A stretch of 64,000 nucleotides of DNA from Marsupella aquatica. Lineage: Eukaryota; Plantae; Marchantiophyta. The notes beneath the pieces were generated by a model that ran no database searches, had not been told where the DNA came from, and worked only from the letters and a program-made list of their open reading frames with translations. The stretch is taken from NCBI GenBank assembly GCA_973895155.1, contig OZ316899.1, positions 9,236,287 to 9,300,286 of the forward strand, given 5' to 3'. Positions 1-12,421 of the stretch are shown piece by piece; position 1 is the first letter of the stretch; every line of letters starts with the position of its first letter. The translations under genes and the position numbers were made by a program.

Positions 1-2692
1 ATCATTCAGGACACAGTTGGCATCCCACTTGGCGTACACCCGTCCCAAAGTAAACAAATCTACACAGCATGTTCCCAGGGTAAACTTGTCATCCGCCCCT
101 CCATTGACAAAACCATATATTCTATACCCCGATTCCTTGAACGCCTACATGCCGATGTGTGCGGCCCTATAGACCCCCCATCAGGCCCCTTTCGATACTT
201 CCTAGTACTCATTGATGCTTCCTCCAAATGGTCCCAAGTCTCCTTGCTATCAACCAGAAACCTTGTATTCTCTCGGATACTGTCCAACATACTGAAACTA
301 AGATCACAATTTCCAGATGATCCAATCCGCACCCTGCAAGTCGATAATGCCGGTGAATTCACATCCCGGACATTCGACACATACTGCAAAACTGCAGGGA
401 TCGATGTTCAATATCCTGTCCCCCATGTACACTTCCAAAATGGAATAGCTGAGTCCTTAATCAAGCGACTGCAGATGATAGCCAGACCTTTTACTGCTAC
501 AGACCAATTTACCTATATCAGCATGGGGTCATGCCATCATACACGCCTCCTCCCTCATCAGATATAGACCATCTGCCTATAACAAGTACACCCCACACCA
601 TTTATTGTTCGGGATCCCACCTGATGTCTCTCACCTTTGCATCTTCGGCTGCTTGGTACTGGTCCCCATTTTGGAACCCAAACGCACCAAGATGGGCCCA
701 TAGAGACAATAGGGGATATATGTAGGATTCGACTCACCATCAATTATTTGGTACTTAGAACCATCTACAGCAGATCTATTCAAGGCACGGTTCCTTGATT
801 GTGATTTTATTGAAGATGATTTCCCCAAATTAATGGACAACCAGACATCAAGTCCCCTTGTCCATACTCCGGAATTACAATGGCAGTTAAAACCCCCCTT
901 CCAGCATGCCCCACGGACAGTCCAAACCAAAGCGGAAGTACAGAAAATCCTCCTCCTTCAACAAATGTTAGAGAAACTCCCAGACGCCTTTAATGATGCA
1001 GCAAATGTCACTCAGTCCTTAACACCAGCTGCCAATGCACCAGCACAAATCCAACCCACTCGACTAGCTACCGAAGCCCCCCCTAAGGCAAAAAGGGGCA
1101 GACCACTAGGCTCGAAAGATAGCCAACCCAGGCAACGCCGGACCACAGCTGTTGTACCTACAGCCCTAAGACCCACACCTGCACCCCCTGCACCTCAACC
1201 AACTTTAGTTAACGACAATGACGAAATAGCCATCCAATATATGCATTCAGGCAAAGTCTGGAAACGAGAAACCACTACCATAGATGATGCATTTGCATAT
1301 ATGATATCAGAAGAGATAACCAATGATACTCCAGATCCATTGACAGTAACATAATGTCAATCTCCATCACTACGATCCGGCATGATCCAGATGGCTCCTA
1401 CTGAGCCCTTAATTGTGCAAATTACAAATTCAGGACCTACTGTCCGCTCTAGTGGGCTATACCCACCACATACTACATAGCAAGTGCCTACTGCACGCAG
1501 CAAGAGACCTCCAATGGAATATGCCGTACAAATCTTGCGTTCAATGTACGGCCTAAAGCAGAGTGGCCGGATGTGGTATAAACGATTCCAAGCTTAAATG
1601 TTAGCTTTGGGATTTATAAATGATGAGCTAGCACCCTGTCTATTTATGAAATCTGAGGCAGAGGAATTCATCATAATAGCTATCTATGTAGATGACCTGA
1701 ATATATTCGGGACACCAAAACTCACAGCCCATACACTCAGTATTCTGAAGGGCACATTTGAAATGAGGGACCTTGGTCCACCTAACTTCTGCCTCGGCAT
1801 TCAGTTCGACTACCTGCACAATGGTATTCTGATTAGTCAATCTACCTACATAGAGAAGATTTTACGATAGTTCAATATGCAAGCAGCTCACCCTGTCAGC
1901 ACACCAATGGAGCTTCGCTCCTTAGACACTAACAAAGATATGTTCAGAAGGCGCGGTGAAACAGAACCTCTTCTTGGATCAAACAAACCCCACCTCTCTG
2001 CCATTGGCGCCCTTATGTATTTGGCTAATCAGACTCGTCCCGACATCTCTTTTGCTGTCAACTTATTGGCCAGACATAGTTCTCAGCCAACCATCCGCCA
2101 TTGGAATGGGCTGAAAAGGATTTTTCGATACCTGAAGGGCACAATCGATGTTGGTCTATTTTTTCCAAAAGATGCTGAAGACAAATTGATTGGATTTGCA
2201 GATGCCGGCTACCTCTCTAACCCTGGAGATGCCAAATCACAAACAGGGTACGTTTTTCTTCAAGGTGGCACTGCAATTTTGTGGAGAAGCTCCAAGCAAA
2301 CACTAACCACAACATCCTCTAATCATGCGGAAATCATAGCTCTGTATGAAGCCTACAGAGAATGTGTATGGTTACGCAGCATGCTCCATCACATCCACAA
2401 GCACACTGGTCGCCAACAATTTCAAAAGCCCACTACTATTTACGAAGACAACCGCCCCTGTGTGGTTCAAATTGCTCATGGCTTCATAAAAGGTGACAGA
2501 ATTAAACACATCTCACCAAAATTCTTTTATACACATGAACAACACGGTGATCAAATTCAGGTCGAATGGATACCCAGCCAAGACAACCGAGCAGACTTAT
2601 TGACAAAGCCATTACCACCAATTTTGCATAAGGAACATTCATACGACATCGGCATGAGAAGCCTATCCACACTGTACACAGAGCAGACATGA
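1..2692 (+). pseudogene. pol: copia pol (integrase-RT-RNaseH), with frameshifts, stops and a deletion of the RT N-terminus near 1352
   Basis: ORFs 157-567, 833-1354, 1598-1870 (IYVDDL) and 1877-2692 (GFADAGY, IYEDN, ADLLTKPL). Confidence 0.92.
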
Positions 2693-3104
2693 CCATCGCG
2701 ATCCGCCTCCATCTTTTGCACGATTATAGAAGACACAACAGCCATTTATGTTCACCGTCTATACAAAAATAACGAAGCATTACACATGGAGACGCAGCGA
2801 CCCGTCATCTCCATGCTAAACTCCTTCCCTTCGTAAAAAGACGTAACATAAGCCAGTTTTAGGTCGCATACCTTATTAGGAATGCTGCAGCACAATACTC
2901 TTAGTTTTCTTTTCTACTCTATGTCTACATTTCAATACGGACCCATGCAATGTACAAAGTGGTGGTACTCTTTCCCCCAAAAGAAAGTGAGGGGGTTTTA
3001 ATGAGACCACACTCTCCTTATGGGTACCAAATTAATCCACCTAGGGTTAGTATTACTCCTTAAGATGGTTACTTTATTATGCTATTCAAGTAACCAAGGG
3101 GGAG

Positions 3105-3304
3105 TGTTGTAATACGGAGTTAACACTAACCCGAGTCATGGTAGTAGGGTTAGTTAGTCCTAACTAACCGAAGCTTAGGTTGTTACTAACAACCTAACCA
3201 CATGTAATAGATCGAGTCCTTAGGGACTCTATAAGGTAATGGAAGTTGGAGGAAACCTCCAGTTGTTGGTGTATGTTCTACTCTCATCTTCTTGTCTCTG
3301 AATA
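3105..3304 (+). repeat. 3' LTR of Bianca-like copy 1 (TG...TA, ~200 bp)
   Basis: Starts TGTTG directly after the PPT. It probably ends ...CTGAATA, like the ...CTAAATA end of copy 3, after which the interrupted transposase frame resumes (IANLFSNFK). The right boundary is inferred. Confidence 0.7.
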
Positions 3305-6300
3305 ATTGCTAATTTGTTCAGCAATTTTAAGACCAAGCACCTTGCCTTTGCTAAACACAAAGACAATTACTGCAGGAGAAGGGGCATTGCTATGACTGGG
3401 GTCAAGCCCTCAGATCTTGCACAGAAGCCTGAGTTTGATTATGAGGGGGCCATAGCAACTGGCCTAGAGATAGTCCAGACTCTGAATGTTGAGTGTGGAG
3501 GTGATGATGAGCTATTTCATGTGCCCCCTGTGCCTGGTGTAGCCAATAATGCAAACAAGTGGTTCCTTTATAAGGTTCGTTGTAAAATCTGTGGGGCAAT
3601 CATGGATTTGGTTTGTAAGAAAGGAACTTTGGACCACAACCTGAGGACACACTTGGTCAGTTGGGGTCATTTGAAGCCAGAGAGAATACTACTGAACTGG
3701 CATTGAGATCTGGAAAGAGGGGCAGACCAAGGAAGCCAGATGAGAGGGATCAACATCCTTCACAAAATTCAATTTTAAAATTCTTCAAGGAGGATGGTTC
3801 CAATGCAAGCAGTAGCTCTGGCACAGGTGGGTCTATAGACATTGATGTGGGCTTAAGTTTGCTCTGTTGGGGAATATGGGATGAATTTGTAGAGTGGAAG
3901 AATTTGAAATATGCTGTGAAAGGTATCTTGCATGATCAACGTGGAGGACATGTATGGGATTTAGATGTTGCAGCCTCTGTTGATGTCTACAATCCTGTCA
4001 CCAATTCTATTGTACATATAGAAGGACTATTTAGGCATAAACATTGTTGTAGGTTGTCCTTGTATGGTGGAGGGTTTATGAACCTAACTTGCAGTAGATG
4101 TCATGCTATAACACTAGAAGATGACTTTCGTGGGCGGGTGCACAGGGAAGCGGAGGCTTTAGCAAAGAGAGGGGGAAGAAGCACAGAGGGTGGTTTGAAT
4201 GCACGTTATTTGACACGTCCAGAGTTGACCACACAGATGCATGGTCTGAATGTCAAGAGAAGAAAGGAGAGATGGTTGTTGGCACAACAAACTCAGAAAG
4301 TGTGTGCCCTTAGTACTAGGAAGAGAAAATTGCAGGAACTCTTAGGAGTAGCTGCAGACAGAAAAGATTTGAGACTCTTTCTAAAAAGTATTGTCAATGG
4401 TCATAGGAATGGTGCATTTGGTGGAAAAGAAGGTCTTTGGGATTTTTTGAAGGATGTAAGTAGAAATTTGGAGAGAAGTGCAAGGGGGTTTCGTTACAGT
4501 CAAAAAACAAAAGCCATAGCTCAGGCTATGTTTCAGTATGGGGGCCCGACAGGTGGCCCATGTATTTGCAAGAAATTTAGCTGGGCCAAGCCCAAAGACA
4601 TTGAAAAGAGATAGAGCAAAATTTGTGCAATTTCATGCTGGAATTAGACCAGAAACATTCAAGGAGGTGGCTCGGATTTTGTCTGCTGCAAAGGAGATGC
4701 TAGGAATTCAAGGCGATGTACCTGTCATGCTTGCAGAGGATGAAACTAGGATAAATGAAAGTCCAAGGTATGTTTGTATATCATAGCATTTGAAGCTTAT
4801 TTGTGATACATGACATAATTTTACTAATTCTTTATATTTGATTTACTTTTCATTGGGCTCTATGCAGGTGGGAGGCCAAGTATGACACTCTGATTGGTTT
4901 CTGTGGCCGTAAGGATGAGCATACCTGTGAATTTGGATTGGAGATTCTTGTAGGTGACGGTGAGGATGGTTATAATAAGATTGTAAATACATTTGAGGAT
5001 TATAACAAGGGCATGTATGCTAGAGTTGTCATTGTCAATCCATTGCATGTTGGAATGCCAAAGTTGGCCCTCTGTGCTATATCTACTTGTAACAAGTTCA
5101 AGGCAGAATGGGTTTGAGAGCATTGGGTGCAATTAAAACAATCTTGGGATGTGCACTGTAGAGACTCTGTAGGTCCTTTGTTTGGGCATGCTAGTGATGG
5201 TGATGCAAGACGTAGGAAATTGATGCTAGAAGACTACAGAGGAGCAAATGGCTCTTACCCTAGATTCTGTGTAGGGTGGGAAGGATGGCCATATTCAGTT
5301 GCCATATTGCCTAATGGTGACCTATACGGTTTTGGTGATCAAGACCAGCCTCACAATGGGAAAAAGTTGATTAACCCACTATATCGAGTGTCCTCAATAA
5401 TGGCACTTGGAGACCAACATGCTTCTTTGTTTCATGTTTGTAATGTGTACAATTGCTATGCAATTCATCAACATGGATTGAACTGGGATGATGTGAACAG
5501 ATCTGATCGTCAAAATTGGGCTGGTCCCCAAAGAATAGCATCCAAAAAGGTGCGTGATTGTTTAGCAAATCTGCATGTAAGAACTGATCTGTTGTATGAG
5601 CGGAGTTTGGGGACAGAGCTGTATCTGCAGGTCTGTGCAGATTACATTGACATTTTCTACTCCCAAAGATATGACTTGAGAACCAGAGTGAAGCTGGCAG
5701 GCAAAGTATCTTGGTTCTTTCGATTGTGGAGGTTGTGGTTGAGGTACGGTGATCATGCTGTTGGTGGAAATGTTGCTTCACATACAGAGAAAAATATGAT
5801 TTCAATCCAAGCTTTTCATGATGTTAATATGTCTTGTCAATTTGTTGTGTTGCTTGTATGTGCATTTTGTGATAAGTTTTCTCACTTGTGTATTCCATTT
5901 CATGAATTGGGTTCTGATTGTTGTGAGATCTTTTTCAGCAAGGTAGGTGGAAAGAGTGGCCATGAGATGAATTATGATTTTGGCTCTTTGTTGGATAGTG
6001 CTGTTGGGTTGAATTGTCTTGCTGGATTAGAATGTGGACCAGAGGGCTTAAAAGTAGCTTGCTCACATAAGAAGCAAGATCATGTGTGGGCCAAGCTTCA
6101 TCCTTTACTTGAAGGTGAAGAAGCACCTAATCTTTTTGATTACTCTGAAGTGCAAACTAATGAGGTTGTTGCAGCATTGAAAGAAGGATTTGAAGAAGCA
6201 AAAGAGTTGCTTAGAAGGTTACAAATGTCTCCTCGAAGTGATCTTCCAGCAGCAAGAAAGCGATGGTGGACTCACCCTTGGGATGTGGAAGTTGAAACAT

Positions 6301-7271
6301 GGCCAGATTCAGCTATAATAGAAGAGGCAGTTGTTGCTGATGATTCTGAAGAGCATGTAGAGCACAGATCTCCAATTGGACCTTGTCCACAAGGAGAGTT
6401 TCATGAATTTGAAGATCCCGAGGAAGATCTATTAAATCGAATTGATGCATGGTTGACAGATGAGCTAACCATTCCTGATGATGTTTTGCAGGATGGGGCT
6501 GAGTTAGACATACCAGAACCTCATTTGGTAGAGGTAGATACTTTGGGGCATGAGGTTCGTCATGTTCTATCTTCTGTTGTGGCTGAGCTTACAAAGTCTA
6601 TTCAAAGCCCTGTGCAGGAAAAAAAGAAGGTTTTGCCTACAGTTACCTATGAGGGCAGAACGATTTACAAATCAACTTTGGTGAGTCAACTAGTGGGCAA
6701 TCCTCATTTGTCTAAAGATAGGCTGACAAGGGTGAAGCAAGTGGCATACTATAATCTTGGTAAGAGAAAAAATGTGATCCAAATACTATGACTTGTTTTG
6801 TTGATGTTGGGAGTGATTGTGGAGTAGCTTTTGAAAGTGCTAATGATGCAGGCCCTTCTACAAGATCAAAGAAGGGGAAAGGTAAGGGAAGAGGTAAATC
6901 TAGGATTCAAGAGCCAGTAATGCAAGCAAAGAAAGAATTTTGGCTTGGTCGGATTATGATGATGAGACAGAAAGTTAAGGGACAATGGACTAGAGTGAGA
7001 TCTGCTATTGATTTGCTTGACAGACCAACACCTCCTCATGGACACGAAGGGAGTATTTGTCAGTTCTTGTTTAATTGGTATAAGCCAACAAGCTCAAGCA
7101 AAAGTTGAATTCACTTATGATACAACTGATTTACAATGGATTGATATAGAAATGGTGATGACTAATGTTACTCTAACCATGAAACAAGGGATTGGTTTAG
7201 TGTATGTGTTAGATCAAGTTGATAAACAAGCTTTGGATACTTATTTGGAGACCATGTCTAGAGTTGAATGA
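3305..7271 (+). pseudogene. P-element/THAP9-like DDE transposase, spliced and degenerate
   Basis: C2H2-like finger (CKIC...H...H) and AT-hook KRGRPRK. Putative catalytic motifs are MLAEDET, GHASDGDARRRK, DQDQPHNGKK, DRQN and GSDCCEIFFS. A GT-AG intron at 4768-4867 restores PR|WEAKYDTLIGFCG in frame with ORF 5127-6791. Several frameshifts and stops. Confidence 0.65.
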
Positions 7272-7340
7272 TTTGCATGCATCAATAGTCATGGTAGCGG
7301 TTTTAGTATGTACAGGGGATAGGTTAGGGGAATAGGCTAG

Positions 7341-7404
7341 GGGGTGGCAGATTTGGATACTTGAGCTTCTTGCTCAATCAGGGGTTCAATTCCCCTCTGC
7401 CACA
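7341..7404 (+). other. tRNA-like / SINE-head-like motif (Pol III A and B boxes)
   Basis: A-box-like TGGCAGATTTGG, hairpin TTGAGC-ttctt-GCTCAA, and T-arm AGGGG-TTCAATT-CCCCT. No canonical cloverleaf. Confidence 0.3.
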
Positions 7405-8572
7405 TACACTCACCATTCAAATTCTTGACTCAATTTCCTTTTGGTGTACCTACCTTTCACATGAGACAAGCATAGCAGATTGCAAATATGAATAACTCAT
7501 ACTGTATATTGCTGAAGCTTCTACTAGAATTGGTATTCTTAGTGGAAGCATCAACACTATATACTATCAGTTTTCCATGAGATATGGATGCCAAAGGACC
7601 ACGTTAGGGTTCAAATAAGCTTGGCGAAAACCCGAATAAGGTGCACACTTGAATGAACTTTTCTTTTCTTACTAAGGGGTGTTTAATTCACAACAAAACT
7701 TTACTTAACTATTTTTAGGGGTCAAAATGTTAGGATTTGGAATTCTTATAAGTATGATAGGGAAGGGGAAAAACATATTTTACTTAATAAGTTAGGGGTG
7801 CAAGGGTCCAAAACGTCGAGCGTGATATGGGGGTCTCTGTATACTGAGGCCCCCGAGGCTGATGTATACAAGGCAAGATTTGCAAACTGCCACTTCTATG
7901 AGGAAATATTTCTGAAACTGAGTACAGAACAGATGAACACAGAAGCCATAAACAAGGAGCTCGCATGGCAAATTAGCTCACAGTTTTGGAACAACCCAAG
8001 GACAGCCCAAACTGACACGGAGGTCCAACGTATACTACACCTTTCCAGAGTAATCAAAGAGCTACCCGACGCATTCGCGGATGTGGCAAAGGTGACCCGG
8101 TCCCACGTTCTAGCCATGAACGCCCCCTCCAGGATAGATATAGACACTCAACCAACAACGACAATCAAACCAAGGAAGAAAAGGGGACGTCCACTTGGAG
8201 TCGGGGACAAACAACCACGCCAACGGAGGACACCAGCACATACCTCATCCGTACCTGGACCCCAACAGCCTCTGGGACCTATACCGGCGGAAAATGAGGA
8301 GATCGCTATCAATTACAACTACACCAGCCAAATCTGGGATAGAGCTTCAACACCTATAGACAATATATTTGCTCATCAAATTTCACAAGAAATAATGGAA
8401 GATTTACCTGATCCAACAACGATAAAGGAAGCCCGAGCCCAACCCGATTGGCCAGAATGGCAAGCGGCCAGAAATTTGGAGCTTGACTCATTAATCTCAT
8501 GCCAAGTATTTGGACCCATCAAGCCTGCCCAACCTGATACGCACCTGACCGGCTACAAATGGACATTCATTA

Positions 8573-10040
8573 CGGACCCCCATGAGAGGTCTCTTGCAAA
8601 TTCCCTGCCACGAGGTTGCGCCACATCATCACAACCAGCCACAAACAGGAATGATCCTTCTTTTAACAATAACAAACGTGCACATTCCTATTTGTGGCAA
8701 AAGCAACATAATTTTTGGGGCGCCATGCCGTAAATATTAAACGTAAAAAAACAAAATACAAAGGAGATATGTCATTTAGTAAAATAAAGTTACCATTTTG
8801 ATGTTTGTCAAAGATATATCAGTGTTTTATATCAAAATGCTTATATTTTTTAACTGTTTGCAAGTTTGAAAAAACCAACCAATAGAAATGTACATAGTTA
8901 AAACCCCTTCGGCTTCACATTGTAAAATTAAATAATCAATCTCCTTAGTACTTGATAAAATTTGTCAATGTTTGATTCATTGGAAAACTCAAGATCAATA
9001 TTTAGAAACTCGTGACCTCTTTAGTAGTGTCTTGATAAAATCTCTCAATGTCACACTCATTGGAAAACTAAAGTAAATTCAAAACTCATCATCTCCTTAG
9101 TACTTGACAAAATCTATCAATGTTAGGTTCATTGGAAAGCTAGAGAAATTTAGATACTCAAGATCTCTCTAATTCTTGACGAATAATCTCAATGTCACAC
9201 ATTAGAAAGCTAGAGAGATTAAAAACCTCATGATCTCTTTAGTATCGTGACAAATTCTGACATGAAATTTGTCAATGTTGGAAAGCTAAAAGAATTCATG
9301 GACTCATGATCAAAATTTCTTATACTCACACTCATTGGAAAGGCAAAGAAATTCAAAAACTCATTTGGAACTTGACAAAATTTGTCAATCTGAGTCTCAT
9401 TGGAAACCCTTTCTTGATTAAGAGATATCACAATCTCATCACCGTCACAAACTTAGCCGTTGAAAATTGATTTCTTTGATTACATTGTCATCCCTTGTCC
9501 ACAATGCTTGCTTCCCGGCTTGAATTGTTTGCATTCCTCTAGTCTTTAACTGAAGCTCACTTTGAACATAGGTTGATGCCAAATACAACCTCTATGTCAA
9601 AGAAACAATTGTTGGTCTCCCCCTCACACCATAGCTTTCTTAAATAAAAAAACTACAAATCCTTCATGTGAAGCAATGGCTTGCTTGTTTTGTTTGTTCT
9701 TCCCATCGAATCGGCAAGCGCTCTTTTGCGAATAGCTAAGTGTTGTCCTCCAGTCTGTCTTGTGGCGATAATGCTCAATGTAACTCACAAATGACCAATC
9801 AGGAATGATAGAAACATGATTTTTCCAATGTGTTACAAGCAAAAATCGTCAAAAAACTCAATTCCTCCATATTTGACCTTACGTTGATAAATCTCCTCTA
9901 TCTTTTGAGCGTTTTATTTTGTACAAGCACACACCAAGACCATCGGGAGACTCAAAACCTTCGATTACCGCCTTGTTGAGAATTGAGTTCACTTTATCAA
10001 ACACACATTCCTTGGATGAACATAGGGGGTCCACGGATTA
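8573..10040. mobile_element. Non-autonomous TIR DNA element (~1.47 kb), superfamily unclear
   Basis: Imperfect terminal inverted repeats (CGGACCCCCATG ... CATAGGGGGTCCA). Flanked by ATTA at 8569-8572 and 10041-10044. Removing it restores the copia RT frame. Confidence 0.75.
8935..9420. repeat. Degenerate tandem repeat, ~70-79 bp unit, ~7 copies
   Basis: Recurring TAGTACTTGACAAAATTTGTCAATG...CATTGGAAA at ~8946, 9025, 9098, 9170, 9240 and onward. Confidence 0.8.
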
Positions 10041-12284
10041 ATTAAGAAGCGAAATGCTCAGGGAGAGATTGTGAGATACAAAGCCCGCCTAGTGGCCAAG
10101 GGATTTACCCAAATCCTAGGCAGAGACTACGATATAACTTATTCTCCCATCATGGATGTCATTACATATAGATACTTGATTGCATTTGCTATTCATTACA
10201 ACTTAACGATGTACCAACTGGACATTGTCACCGCTTACTTATATGGCCACCTGGACACCATTATATACATGGAGGCCCCTCCTGAATTACTAACTCGAGT
10301 GGCCTACCATCTTCAAGGGGAGCAGAAACAACAAGAGAATACAATCAATAGCGGAGGCCCTTTTGGCCATACAAACAAGGCAGTACTACGTACTACCGCC
10401 AAAGCAATTGGATGGAAAGCATCAGACCAGAAAGCACTTACTCAAGAACTCGATTTGCTGTCCAAGTCCTAAGATCTATGTATGGCTTGAAACAAAGCGG
10501 ATGTACCTGGTATTGGCACTTCAAAAATGAGATGCTAGCAATGGGATTTAAGACATCCAATCTTACCCCCAACCTATTCATTAAACACGAAGGAAATGAG
10601 ATCATAATTGTGGCCATCTACGTGGACGATCTCAACTTATTCTGCACAACAAAGATTCTGCAGGACACAATAAGAAATTGAACAGAGTATTCAAGACTAG
10701 AGACCTAGGCAGAACTACTTTCTACCTCGGCCTACAATTCAAATATCTCCCCCATGGAATACTCCTCCACCAATCAACATACACCCGCCAAATGCTGAAG
10801 CAATTTAATATGCACACGGCAAAACCAGTCAGATATCCCATGGACCTTTGGTCACTAGACAGAGACAAAGATATATTTCGCAAAAGAACAGAGGGGAGCC
10901 ACTACTTGGCTCCAAAAAGCCCTACTTGTCGGCAATAGGCGCACTGCTCTTCCTGGCATCTCAAACCTGCCTGGACATTTCTTTCGCAGTTAACCTATTA
11001 GCCCACCATAGCTCATTGCCCACCATTAGACATTAAAACAGGATCAAGTGAATTATGGGCTATCTGAATGGCACCATGGACCTTGGACTTCTTTTTCCTA
11101 ACAACACGGACTTCACACTATCCGGATACGCGGATGCAGGATACTTATTTGACCCAACTGATGCGAAGTCACAAACAAGATATGTCTTTATGATAGGACC
11201 TACAGCAATATCATGGAGGAGCACAAAACAGACCCTGACTACAACCTCCTCAAAACCACTCAGAGATTATAGCTCTTTATGAAGCAAGCCGCAAATGTCT
11301 GTGGCTATGTAACGTAATCAATTACATTTAAGAAACCCCAGGTATACCTAAACTAAGTTCCCCCACTGTTATTTACGAAGATAATCGACCATGCATAGAG
11401 CAGATTTCAGCTGGATTCATTAAAGGTGATAGGACAAAGCATATTGCTCCCAAGTTCTTCTTTGCACATGAACAACAGGGAGATACAGTCGATGTTCAAT
11501 GGATCCCCAGCTCTGAAAACAACGCAGACCTATTCACCAAATCCTTCACCCCCGGTTCTACATACTGTGCTTACTAAATCTATCGGAATGCGTAGTTTGC
11601 TTGAACTGACACAAGAAATTTGACAACGAAAGAACCAGCAGATTGAGGGGGAGCATGAACTTCTCTACGACCATGAACAGAAGCAAGTCAAAACCGATCA
11701 AGCAAGACTTCAATGTAGACAAAATCACAATAAGCAGGTGGACATCAGAATAACAACTTCCACCCCACACAACAACAAAAGTCGATTGACATCGCACACA
11801 TACCGCACCCTCTCGACCACCCCAACAATGTCTTCCCGCTCCACAATCGCATATACCGATTGCTTGAACATTACCAAGCTTACAGCTCAAACACAGAGCA
11901 ACTGGAACTGGCAACCTAATCTCCACAAGCCCGTATTGACACACTACTGAATACTCTAATCTATCGAACGATCACGAACTGTCCAGTTCTTTTACAGATA
12001 ACATGATTAGAGTTAGCAACTTCAAAATACTTTAGAATACCATAAAACAACTCACAAAATATTATTTTTTTACATAGTTTAAATTTCTCTAACGGAAAAT
12101 AAAGGAAGGGGTGGTAATACTCTTTCCTCCCGCAAGAAAAGAGGGGAGGTTTTAATGAGGTTACACCCCACCTTTAACACAAGATACCCTACCACACAAT
12201 AGGATAGACCAGAACTTAATTTACCATAGGTAGACTTTAAATGTCTGCAACTTTACCTCTATAAAAGCTACATCCAAGGGGGAG

Positions 12285-12421
12285 TGTTATAACCCCTAGG
12301 ATAAGTCTACCTAAGGTTAGGACACATAAGGCAGTTATACCACCAACCGCCTCAGCAACAACCCAATGTACATAAAGTATTGGATGAGTAAAGTGTGGAG
12401 TATGATTTGTGATGTTGAACA
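12285..12421 (+). repeat. 3' LTR of Bianca-like copy 2
   Basis: TGTT begins right after the PPT. The probable end is ...TTGAACA (TGTT/AACA termini); this boundary is inferred. Confidence 0.6.

Larger units (their letters stand above)
1..3304 (+). mobile_element. Ty1/copia LTR retrotransposon, Bianca-like (copy 1; 5' part outside window)
   Basis: Integrase, RT and RNaseH in copia order. Bianca-type integrase (CGPIDPPSGPFRYFLVLIDASSKWSQVSLLSTRN, DNAGEFTS, KRGRPLGSKD). PPT AAGGGGGAG at 3096-3104 is followed by a short LTR. Confidence 0.93.
3305..7839 (+). mobile_element. Decayed DNA transposon with a P-element/THAP9-like transposase (5' end interrupted by copia copy 1)
   Basis: Contains the transposase pseudogene listed below. 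The sequence switches to copia integrase coding at ~7840 after ...GGGGGTCTCTG, a candidate TIR that reads CAGAGACCCCC from the end. The partner TIR is not in the window. Confidence 0.55.
7840..11623 (+). pseudogene. pol: copia pol (integrase C-terminus, RT, RNaseH), split by an insertion
   Basis: GYKWTFI|KKRNAQGEIVRYKARLVAKGF rejoins across 8572/10045. Also MYGLKQSG, IYVDDL and GYADAGY. Multiple frameshifts. Confidence 0.9.
7840..12421 (+). mobile_element. Ty1/copia Bianca-like element (copy 2, 3' part), interrupted by a TIR insertion at 8573-10040
   Basis: Integrase C-terminus (ADVYKARF, KRGRPLG), RT and RNaseH. PPT AAGGGGGAG at 12276-12284, followed by an LTR. Confidence 0.9.

Noticed and set aside
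8935-9420. Regularly spaced repeats as a CRISPR array
   Set aside because: Whole units are degenerate copies with no unique spacers, there are no cas genes, and the context is eukaryotic.
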